This document shows, one piece after another, positions 26,259-33,532 of a DNA stretch of 33,532 nucleotides. A program made the position numbers and the translations under genes. The stretch comes from a virus. Lineage: Duplodnaviria > Caudoviricetes. The stretch covers positions 1-33,532 of the IMG/VR virus record IMGVR_UViG_3300020016_000028. One strand, written 5' to 3'. Below the pieces are notes generated by a model, which saw nothing but the letters and a program-made list of their open reading frames with translations, ran no database searches and was not told the DNA's origin. The stretch's first letter is position 1; the number at the start of each line of letters is the position of its first letter.

Positions 26259-28004
26259 TCATTCAAACGCCTCCTTGTTCGCTTTATATGCGACGTACGC
26301 ATCCATCATGGCGGAGACGTTGTCGATTTTCTCATCTGCTCTTTTCTTTAGAAGTTTTCGGTTTCCGTTAGTGTCTTCCAACGTAACCGCATTGCCCATT
26401 GCAAATGACATCAAATCTTGATCAAAGATGAGGGCTCTTTCTTCAGAAAGAATCTTTAATTCTCCGAGTGGAACCGATTCAGTTCGTGCTCCCTGAATAA
26501 CTTTCTCTACTCCGAAAGAACCATTCTCTGCTTCCCATCTTTCAACAAATTCTTTTGCGTTGTACGGGTCATAACCGAAACAACGAACATCAAACTCAGA
26601 CTGTTGGATGAAAACTTCAAGATCTTCATACACTTCCATCATGTCAAGTACGGTTCCATCGAGAACTTGTAGACTTCCTTCATTGATGAAGTCGTCATAC
26701 TTCATTCGCATTGCACCAGGAAGTTTCATCAAGGTTAGAGTTGTGATGTAGCTCTTTGTCTTGACTCCGAATGACCCATTAGACAACGGAAACATAAAAG
26801 TGAAAGCGCAGAAGTCATCACCTTTAGAAAGATCCGCTCCTAGTGCACACGGCATACGCCAAAACTCTCGAGGGCGATGTGGAAGCGTCTCTTCGTAGGT
26901 GAAGAAGTAAGTGTAGCCCTCCATTGGAATACCAAAGCGCTTTGCAAGGATGTCATTCCTCGCAGCAGGTGCTTTCTCAGCTCTTTCCACGTCTAGGTGA
27001 TACACATCATAAGTAACGGTCTGACCTAAGTTCGGATTAGCCTTCAACCACATTGCTGGATCATTAACTTCCTCGATGTCGTCGAGTTTGTAATGCCAGA
27101 TCGAAATGTGTGGAGCTTGGTACTCTCCCTTAAGGATGTCTGCTAGTTCCATTTTGATGGTGTCGCCGGAACCGTTTCGAACTGTACCTTCTGAGCTGAT
27201 AGCGACGATGAGATAGTCATCCATCTTCGACGCACCCTGCTCAATTGCTCCAACTACATCTTCTCTGATGTCACCAGACAACCACTCATCAATCGTTGAC
27301 ACTTTTGGTCGCAGACCTTGAAGCTTGTTAATCGTCATCGGACGCACTTCCAGCAAAGACCCAGTCAGGAAGTTTTCTACACCCTTCTTCGTCGACGCAA
27401 GTTTAACTCTTTGATACGCAGATCCTGCTGTCGCTCTGATTGATCCTTCTGTGAGGAACTTGAACAGTGGACCTCTTGCCCTGGTGATGGCAGTTCGCAA
27501 AGGAGACATAATCTCATCTGCCTGTTTCATTGTGGGCGCTGTAGTAACCTGGTGCGTGGTTGCGGTATCGACGTTCAGGAAGTAGGCTTGGATGCAGGCA
27601 CCATACATTGACTTTGCTGCACCCCTTGCTACTATCAGGTATTGCTTGGTGGTAAGTCGTTTCAGGATGTTCTTTCTGACATACTTACCTGCTTCGCCTT
27701 GCAGTCCCGGCTGGTATACTGTTCTTTCGACATAGTAGTACCAACCGAAGATCTGCTCGGCCCATAGTTTGAAACTATCTAGAAGACGAAGATCGCCACC
27801 ATCAGTTAGCGTGAGTTCCATCTCACAATATTGAATAAAACCTTTGATGGCGTTCTCGTCATAGTAAATATTTGGATTGGAAATGAGATCATCTATGCGA
27901 TTCATCTCTGCAGAAATTTCTCTGTTAACTGGAATCTCTCCACGCAGCACAGCTGCTCGAAAGAAACCATAATACTGAGGTATCGCCGTATTAGATAATC
28001 CCAT
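26259..28004 (-). CDS. terL: terminase large subunit
   Basis: Walker A-like VARGAAKS, Walker B TIDE, W.KANPNLG, nuclease GADLS..DD, YDPYNA, KID; GGAGG RBS at ATG 28004. Confidence 0.93.
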   Translation of the reverse strand: MGLSNTAIPQYYGFFRAAVLRGEIPVNREISAEMNRIDDLISNPNIYYDENAIKGFIQYCEMELTLTDGGDLRLLDSFKLWAEQIFGWYYYVERTVYQPGLQGEAGKYVRKNILKRLTTKQYLIVARGAAKSMYGACIQAYFLNVDTATTHQVTTAPTMKQADEIMSPLRTAITRARGPLFKFLTEGSIRATAGSAYQRVKLASTKKGVENFLTGSLLEVRPMTINKLQGLRPKVSTIDEWLSGDIREDVVGAIEQGASKMDDYLIVAISSEGTVRNGSGDTIKMELADILKGEYQAPHISIWHYKLDDIEEVNDPAMWLKANPNLGQTVTYDVYHLDVERAEKAPAARNDILAKRFGIPMEGYTYFFTYEETLPHRPREFWRMPCALGADLSKGDDFCAFTFMFPLSNGSFGVKTKSYITTLTLMKLPGAMRMKYDDFINEGSLQVLDGTVLDMMEVYEDLEVFIQQSEFDVRCFGYDPYNAKEFVERWEAENGSFGVEKVIQGARTESVPLGELKILSEERALIFDQDLMSFAMGNAVTLEDTNGNRKLLKKRADEKIDNVSAMMDAYVAYKANKEAFE

Positions 28005-28015
28005 TAGACCTCCAA

Positions 28016-28456
28016 TCAATCGTTACCCTTACCGCCTCGTTTCATGCCGGTAAGAAGTTCTGCGTCAACCTTACCCTTACCGTCTTTCTCTAAACTGGCT
28101 CTAACTGCAAGCAAGGCCGCGTTAGTCAAGAGCTTCTTCGTAACATCTTGACCACTACCAACTAGAACATGATCAACAAACTTCTTACCTCGCTTGTTAG
28201 GATTACGGAGATCGTTGTACTTCTTCTCCATCTCCAAACGCTTGATTCTCTGTTGAAGTTGTTCATCGGTAAGTTTGTGACCGGGCCTCGTATACTTACC
28301 TCGAGGGGTATCTCCGCTGGCTCCAGCTTCTGCGCGTTGCTTACGCCTACCCCACTTCATACCCTTCTTGCCATAGTGTTCCAGATAATCAGATGTCGAT
28401 TGGTTCTGGTTCTTGGTATGGTTTATAAAAGCCGTCGCTTGGGACAATGTCGTCAT
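28016..28456 (-). CDS. basic phage protein with HYGxKGMKWG motif
   Basis: YLEHYGKKGMKWG and LTDEQLQQRIKRLEMEKKY; GGAGG RBS. Confidence 0.8.
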   Translation of the reverse strand: MTTLSQATAFINHTKNQNQSTSDYLEHYGKKGMKWGRRKQRAEAGASGDTPRGKYTRPGHKLTDEQLQQRIKRLEMEKKYNDLRNPNKRGKKFVDHVLVGSGQDVTKKLLTNAALLAVRASLEKDGKGKVDAELLTGMKRGGKGND

Positions 28457-28796
28457 ATGTTTCCACCTCCCTAAAGACATTCAGTCTCCACTCGTATTCC
28501 TTGAGTTGATTCTCCATGGCTGTAACCAGGAATCCGGTAGCGGGAGGATCAAAGAGCATTCGTACTTTGAGAATTACATATGTTTTAACTAGATTTAACT
28601 GATTCGGTGGGGCCAAGAACAGATCCCACGTTTCGGTTTCATCATCAATGAAGAATCCTTCAGCTTGACCTACGCCCAGCTGATTTAGAATAGAGAATGC
28701 AGCATTGATATGCGTGATGATGTCCAAATCAAATACGGTGTAATCCTCGGCAATTCCAAGAACTCGCTTAGTGCTAAGTAAAATGCTTTCTTCCAT
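28389..28796 (-). CDS. putative head-tail adaptor/connector
   Basis: SIL.STK..LG, FD.DII.HIN.AFS.L.QLGVG, FDPP, EWRL; helical gp6-like pattern (recall). Confidence 0.65.
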   Translation of the reverse strand: MEESILLSTKRVLGIAEDYTVFDLDIITHINAAFSILNQLGVGQAEGFFIDDETETWDLFLAPPNQLNLVKTYVILKVRMLFDPPATGFLVTAMENQLKEYEWRLNVFREVETYDDIVPSDGFYKPYQEPEPIDI

Positions 28797-28816
28797 TGGA
28801 CAACCTCCTTTATTGG

Positions 28817-29230
28817 TTACCAAAGTTTGGTGTCGCCTGCTGTTCGTTCAACAAACGGTTGGTTTATTAGGCTCATGTCACTGAAATGTATGGCGTTATG
28901 TGTTTTGTTAGTAGTTGTAATCAGGTTATTTGGGTCAAATATACTCTCGTCCCCATGAATAATATCGTCAACCTCCATAGGATTAATATGGTGAATAAGA
29001 AGAGATCCATGAATTTCATAGCCTGGAACCCCCAAATCACATCCATTATCTCGAGATATAACGTGATCTCGAGCCCTTTTCCACTCGTATGATGTATAAA
29101 ATGCCTGGTTGATATGGCGATCAAATCCAAACGTAGTAGCCCCAACCCGCCCATGCAGCATTAAATACTTCAATCTATCCTCGAACGATTCGAGACGAAT
29201 AAGCTCTCTGTATGACTTATTCATCGTCAT
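28817..29230 (-). CDS. HNH endonuclease (packaging-associated)
   Basis: FY.S.EW..AR..VI.RD, IHHINP, NLI..THNAIH; located near terminase. Confidence 0.88.
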   Translation of the reverse strand: MTMNKSYRELIRLESFEDRLKYLMLHGRVGATTFGFDRHINQAFYTSYEWKRARDHVISRDNGCDLGVPGYEIHGSLLIHHINPMEVDDIIHGDESIFDPNNLITTTNKTHNAIHFSDMSLINQPFVERTAGDTKLW

Positions 29231-29540
29231 AATCGACGATATCTTGTCCCGCATACCTCCGCATCGCATTCAAAGCCGTTTCATACAACTCTTCAACGCG
29301 TTGAGCAGCGGCCATTTGATCTGCTTTGACGCCTAGGAGATGATTCTCTTTTCCCAAGCGTTCTTGTTCTAGTTTCTCTCTGGTAGAGCCCAGCTTAAGA
29401 TAGTGTGTGATTACTTGCGCTGATGCAGTTCCTTCTGATAGCTGCTTTTCAGCCAATTCTACTGCAAGATTAACTAGCTGACCTTCTCGCGCTTCTGGTG
29501 TAGATGCTGGGCGTCCTACTCTTCTTTTTGCAACGCCCAT
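29217..29540 (-). CDS. putative terminase small subunit
   Basis: 107 aa helical basic protein (GRPASTPEARE..LA..LAEKQL) upstream of HNH/terL; function inferred from position. Confidence 0.55.
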   Translation of the reverse strand: MGVAKRRVGRPASTPEAREGQLVNLAVELAEKQLSEGTASAQVITHYLKLGSTREKLEQERLGKENHLLGVKADQMAAAQRVEELYETALNAMRRYAGQDIVDYDDE

Positions 29541-29552
29541 AAAATCTCCTTA

Positions 29553-29822
29553 CTATGCAAGCATCGACTGAACCTGTGACAAGATCTGACCATCTGTAAT
29601 GACGGCCTCGTCTGCTCCTGGGTCATAACCCTCATCGTCTTCATGGGTAATCTTGGCGGATTCCCATGCATCATCCCAACCTGGTGCTGAAGCCCAGTCC
29701 CGACGATTCTCTTGAGCCCATCGATCGGGATCTTCTCCTGCGTTCTGTTCAGCAGCAGCTTGTGCAACTCTACTGTTGATTGAGTAATTGTTTGCAATCT
29801 CGTTTTGAGTCAAGTAACTCAT
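29553..29822 (-). CDS. hypothetical protein (MSYLTQNEI...), possible fibre chaperone
   Basis: Start ATG 29822 after GAAGGAG; follows the fibre gene. Confidence 0.7.
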   Translation of the reverse strand: MSYLTQNEIANNYSINSRVAQAAAEQNAGEDPDRWAQENRRDWASAPGWDDAWESAKITHEDDEGYDPGADEAVITDGQILSQVQSMLA

Positions 29823-29832
29823 GCTTCTCCTT

Positions 29833-31842
29833 CTAGGTCGAACACCAAGTTGTAACGATAACGCATCCATCGCCGCCATTACCACCGGCACCGGAATTAC
29901 CTACGTCATTTGTTCCTCCGCCTCCACCCGCACCACCAGAACCGCCGTATCCATTCCCACCTTTTCCAGCATTTCCAGTTATTCCTCCACCACCGCCTGA
30001 TCCACCACAATAACTCCAATAGAGACCTGGGATTATAATATCACTACCACCATCTATTCCTGTACCACCTGGTGTTATACTAGTTCCTCTTGAATTCATA
30101 GTACCCGGATATCCAGCAACGATGGCTACATTATTAGAAGCCACGCCGCCACCACCGCCGCCTCCCGTACTGGCTGATCCATTATTAGTTGTACCGCTTG
30201 CACCAGACGTTCCACCTGGGGAACCAATAAAAGCACCAGCTCCAGGCGTTCCTCCAGCGGCGGTTCCTGCGAAACCCGCTGCTCCTGGATAGGCGGTGGT
30301 TGCTTGAATATTAAATGTACCACTAGTAAACTTACTGATTCCACCATAACCACCAGCAATACCATTGGTATCGTTTGTTGTAATACTTGCACCACCGGTT
30401 CCTCCGGCTCCAACCGATACTGCACAAGAAGAAGCTAGTGTGGTCGCTGGAACAGTAAGTTCTGAATATCCACCAGAACCTCCGCCACCTCCGCCACCAC
30501 GAAGCGTACTAACAGCTCCTTTTCGACCAGAGCCACCTCCTGCACCAGACCCGCTTATTTTAATCTCTACACTTACTGCGTTGGCAGGCTTTGTCCAAGT
30601 AAAAGAACCAGGTGTCGAAAAAATTTGAACATCAAGACTCTTACCACCACCTCCGCCAGCTTTACTATCGACATAGGCTTTATTAGTCAGGTCATCTGCA
30701 GAGACTGGTACCGTTGCCGATTTTGGAATTCCTGGAATATTGACGGTGTTTGTAGCTTTACCAAGCATAATTTCATCAGCGTTTAGAGCAATAGCACCTG
30801 TACCGATAGCCGTAGATCTGGCGCCACGAGCTTCTGCGCTCTTACCGATTGCAAGTCCTTCGGTAGTAGCTTTGGCGAGATGTCCAATGGCGATGGCATA
30901 ATTATTACCCGTTGGTGTGTATCCAGAGGCTTGATATCCAATAAAAACCGTATAATTACTATTCGTCATGGCGTATCCAGCTTGATACCCAAGGAAAAGA
31001 TTACCATAGTTAGAGGCAATGCTATTACCAGCAAACGAACCAAGCGCGGTATTCGAATAACCGGTAGTAATAGCTTGTAGTGCTTCTGCACCTATAGCAG
31101 TATTGAGTCCGGTCGAGGTAGTTGAATTCTGTAATGCCTGCGTACCAACCGCAGTATTTCTTCCACCAACAGTATCTTTCCACAATGCCTGAAAACCAAC
31201 GATTACATTACTATATCCACTTGTAAGTTGTCGGCCTGCGCCCTGACCTACAGCCGTGTTCTGACCAGTTCCTGCATTAAGATACTGAAGCGCAGAATCA
31301 CCAACTGCTGTATTATACCAGTTTGGAGGAACGGCTACTTGATTGGTACCATATAAAGTATTAAACTTAGCATCGGATTCTGGACCACCACCGGCGGGAC
31401 CTTCTGGACCAATATCACCCGTGTCACCTTTTGGACCTTGTGGACCTTCTGGACCTATTGGGCCGGCTGGGCCAGGAACATTACTGACTCCTGGAACACC
31501 TTGTGGCCCTTGTGGACCTGTATTACCAATAGGACCCTGTGGGCCGGTTGGACCGGGGACGGTTGAGTCAGCACCAGTAGGTCCAGTGGGGCCAGTAGCA
31601 CCAGTAACACCGGTGTCACCTTTAGGACCTATTGGACCTGTGGGACCGACTGGACCTGGAACTGTTGACGCAGGACCGGTGGGACCGACTGGTCCTTGAA
31701 TTCCGGGAGGCCCGATGCCTCCGATGTCTACTTCAACCATGTCTGGAGAATTATCTGAGATAACTTCGATGACTTCCGGAGCGGATTCGAGTACAACCTC
31801 TACAATAATCTCGTCCCCTTCAATGACCTCTACGACAGTCAT
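29833..31842 (-). CDS. collagen-like / glycine-rich tail fibre or spike protein
   Basis: ~110 aa of Gly-X-Y, then NTA(V/I/L)G..A repeats, AIG repeats, NKAYVD, FTWTKP and a Gly-rich C-terminal domain. Confidence 0.8.
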   Translation of the reverse strand: MTVVEVIEGDEIIVEVVLESAPEVIEVISDNSPDMVEVDIGGIGPPGIQGPVGPTGPASTVPGPVGPTGPIGPKGDTGVTGATGPTGPTGADSTVPGPTGPQGPIGNTGPQGPQGVPGVSNVPGPAGPIGPEGPQGPKGDTGDIGPEGPAGGGPESDAKFNTLYGTNQVAVPPNWYNTAVGDSALQYLNAGTGQNTAVGQGAGRQLTSGYSNVIVGFQALWKDTVGGRNTAVGTQALQNSTTSTGLNTAIGAEALQAITTGYSNTALGSFAGNSIASNYGNLFLGYQAGYAMTNSNYTVFIGYQASGYTPTGNNYAIAIGHLAKATTEGLAIGKSAEARGARSTAIGTGAIALNADEIMLGKATNTVNIPGIPKSATVPVSADDLTNKAYVDSKAGGGGGKSLDVQIFSTPGSFTWTKPANAVSVEIKISGSGAGGGSGRKGAVSTLRGGGGGGGSGGYSELTVPATTLASSCAVSVGAGGTGGASITTNDTNGIAGGYGGISKFTSGTFNIQATTAYPGAAGFAGTAAGGTPGAGAFIGSPGGTSGASGTTNNGSASTGGGGGGGVASNNVAIVAGYPGTMNSRGTSITPGGTGIDGGSDIIIPGLYWSYCGGSGGGGGITGNAGKGGNGYGGSGGAGGGGGTNDVGNSGAGGNGGDGCVIVTTWCST
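31390..31722 (-). repeat. collagen-type Gly-X-Y coding repeats (boundaries approximate)
   Basis: GPTGP/GPQGP/GPKGDTG triplets interrupted by S(T/N)VPGP units. Confidence 0.85.
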
Positions 31843-32192
31843 GGTACATCCACCGAAGAATTAGTCACATCCTGCGTAACAATAACATCTCCTGCGATCA
31901 GAGTATATACCTCCGTCGGAGAGAATGTAACTTCAAGATCCCAGTATCCCTTTTTAGCTGGAGCATATGCCCATTGGGCCGGCACAAGGTGAATGGTAAT
32001 TGTATTAGGAAGAGTAATGGCACAAGTAAATTGTATAACACTTGCCCCGCCAGGCTTATCCCGGAATTCTGCTTCGGCTGTTGCCCCTGTTAAATCAAAC
32101 GCGGTTCCACCTGGCTGGTCTTCCCAAAAGCGGAAGCCACGTGAGTAGGTATCTCCTCTGTAAAGACTCAAATCATACTTTCCCTGTTCCAT
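31839..32192 (-). CDS. fibre-associated adaptor protein (BppU/LtfC-like)
   Basis: L..GDT, DLTGATA, YWDLEV, LIAG.V.V..DVT pattern; precedes the fibre gene. Confidence 0.6.
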   Translation of the reverse strand: MEQGKYDLSLYRGDTYSRGFRFWEDQPGGTAFDLTGATAEAEFRDKPGGASVIQFTCAITLPNTITIHLVPAQWAYAPAKKGYWDLEVTFSPTEVYTLIAGDVIVTQDVTNSSVDVP

Positions 32193-32448
32193 TGGAATCA
32201 TCTCCTTCCTGGTAATCCTTGGAATCGATTCGATGTTGCCAGATAAGCGCCGCTCCGGCACCAAGGAAACCAGCAACTGCTCCTGTTAAAACTCCACCAA
32301 GTCCGGTTAATAGTTGAATACCAGCGTCAGACACACTATCGTCAAACGCCGCAGCAGCCATTGCCACGGCCCAACCTAGTGAGACGAAGAACGCAACAAT
32401 AAATGCAGTAGCTCCGACCCAGCTAGGTAAGGTCCGTGGCTGTTTCAT
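32173..32448 (-). CDS. two-TM membrane protein, putative holin
   Basis: Two hydrophobic segments and a charged C-terminus, directly after the lysin-like gene. Confidence 0.6.
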   Translation of the reverse strand: MKQPRTLPSWVGATAFIVAFFVSLGWAVAMAAAAFDDSVSDAGIQLLTGLGGVLTGAVAGFLGAGAALIWQHRIDSKDYQEGDDSNGTGKV

Positions 32449-33167
32449 GCAATAGCGCCTTTATCTATACCAGCGGTATTCTGAGCGATAAGGGACGTGT
32501 TCCAATGCGTCTCGAATGAAGTGACCTCTGGGAAACTAGAACCCCACCAAGGGTCGACATCCCAGACTTCAGTGTTCATTCCAAGACAACCCAGTACAAT
32601 CTGATCTCCTCCGAGCATCTGCTCATTGGGAACCAAGAGACGATTGATACCGTTCCATCGATAGGTACGACCATCAAAGCGAATTAGTGCGAACATCTGA
32701 TCCTTTCCAATCTCCGGTTTAGGGGTTGGTCCTGGCGCTGCACCACTAGACCAATTCCAGCTTCCTGCGTTATCGAATAGTTCTGATCCATGTCGGACCG
32801 AAACATGTACGTGATGATCATGTGGATTCGAGCCCGTGTAATTTCTCCACACCCCGGCTGGGTATGATTGACCCTGTCCACTTGCGATCTTCCCGTTACT
32901 GATAATGTACTTTACCCGAGCTTCTGGTCCTGTGGTGCGTTCCGCCAACCAATGTGCGAAAGAATAACTGTCAAATCCACCACCTGGATCGTGTGTGAAG
33001 TCTCGAGCGCATACTGCATCGTGACAATCGCATGGATTGTGGTCGCTGGTTCCGGACGAATGGTTCGCATCACCGATGCTTCCATCGCTGGCCTTGTTTC
33101 GATTAGGTGCGTAGACGTTGATCTCAGCCAGAAGTTGATCAAGTGAGTTAGCTACATACCAACTCAT
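32445..33167 (-). CDS. putative endolysin (zinc peptidase, M15-like) with Pro linker and C-terminal domain
   Basis: DG.IGD..H, SDHNP..ARD (SxH-x-D) and HDHHVH (HxH) zinc-ligand pattern; PGPTPKP linker. Confidence 0.72.
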   Translation of the reverse strand: MSWYVANSLDQLLAEINVYAPNRNKASDGSIGDANHSSGTSDHNPCDCHDAVCARDFTHDPGGGFDSYSFAHWLAERTTGPEARVKYIISNGKIASGQGQSYPAGVWRNYTGSNPHDHHVHVSVRHGSELFDNAGSWNWSSGAAPGPTPKPEIGKDQMFALIRFDGRTYRWNGINRLLVPNEQMLGGDQIVLGCLGMNTEVWDVDPWWGSSFPEVTSFETHWNTSLIAQNTAGIDKGAIA

Positions 33168-33298
33168 CGTTCATCCTCCTGTACAGCATCCCCTTCGTCA
33201 AGAATGCGCTCCTTGATGAAGTGAACTTTGACTTCTGGATCTACCTTGTCATCGTCGTCACCATCGAAAGCATCGCGAATCTTGTCACGAAGATTCAT
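33164..33298 (-). CDS. small acidic hypothetical protein (44 aa, MNLRDKIRD...)
   Basis: GAGGGG RBS, ATGA overlap with the lysin gene. Confidence 0.55.
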   Translation of the reverse strand: MNLRDKIRDAFDGDDDDKVDPEVKVHFIKERILDEGDAVQEDER

Positions 33299-33470
33299 CG
33301 GCATCCCCCTCGACGGATGCATCATCTGACTGCGTGTCGTCATCGGAAGAACGAAGTCGGTCTTGCTCATCTGAGAGAACTTCCTTGACCCGCTCTTCGG
33401 TTTCTTCTTCCGTGGGTGCTGGATCAACGGTCGTTCCCTCTGGCGTTGGCTCATCTGCGGTGTCACTCAT
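33285..33470 (-). CDS. small highly acidic hypothetical protein (61 aa, MSDTADE...)
   Basis: AAGGAG RBS before ATG 33470. Confidence 0.65.
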   Translation of the reverse strand: MSDTADEPTPEGTTVDPAPTEEETEERVKEVLSDEQDRLRSSDDDTQSDDASVEGDADESS

Positions 33471-33532
33471 GGTTTTCTCCTTGGGTTTTGGGAAAAGGTT
33501 TTTCGAAAGGTCCCCTCGGGGCATTTTTTGGG

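Noticed and set aside
1-33532. CRISPR array, tRNA, integrase, transposase, reverse transcriptase/DGR, stop-codon recoding
   Set aside because: No regularly spaced repeats, cloverleaf or relevant protein motifs seen by eye; long genes are intact in the standard code and TAA, TAG and TGA all end genes.

Overview
This window is a large part of a tailed dsDNA (siphovirus-type) phage genome, with essentially all real genes on the minus strand. In transcription order (right to left) it encodes: putative endolysin and holin, a collagen/Gly-rich fibre, small terminase-like protein, HNH nuclease, large terminase, portal, a protease-major capsid fusion, head-tail and tail proteins (two major-tail paralogues, tape measure, minor tails), a terminator, then an early/replication block. 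That block holds paralogous hypothetical genes, a 1250-aa SF3 helicase-primase-family B polymerase fusion and an SSB-like protein. From recall, not a search, this layout resembles the ReqiPepy6-like / AM-AU-BI-CC-DJ actinobacteriophage type. The most striking part is 1-1316, a small-gene and structured-RNA cassette. It contains a pistol self-cleaving ribozyme (minus strand, about 366-504) whose P3 arm carries an unassigned three-way-junction RNA domain. A second, covarying copy of that domain stands alone at 1106-1218, upstream of a ribbon-helix-helix gene. Downstream of the predicted cleavage site lie about 365 nt of further highly structured non-coding sequence. A 26-bp promoter-like motif occurs three times, twice followed by a related ~55-nt structured element and a U-run.
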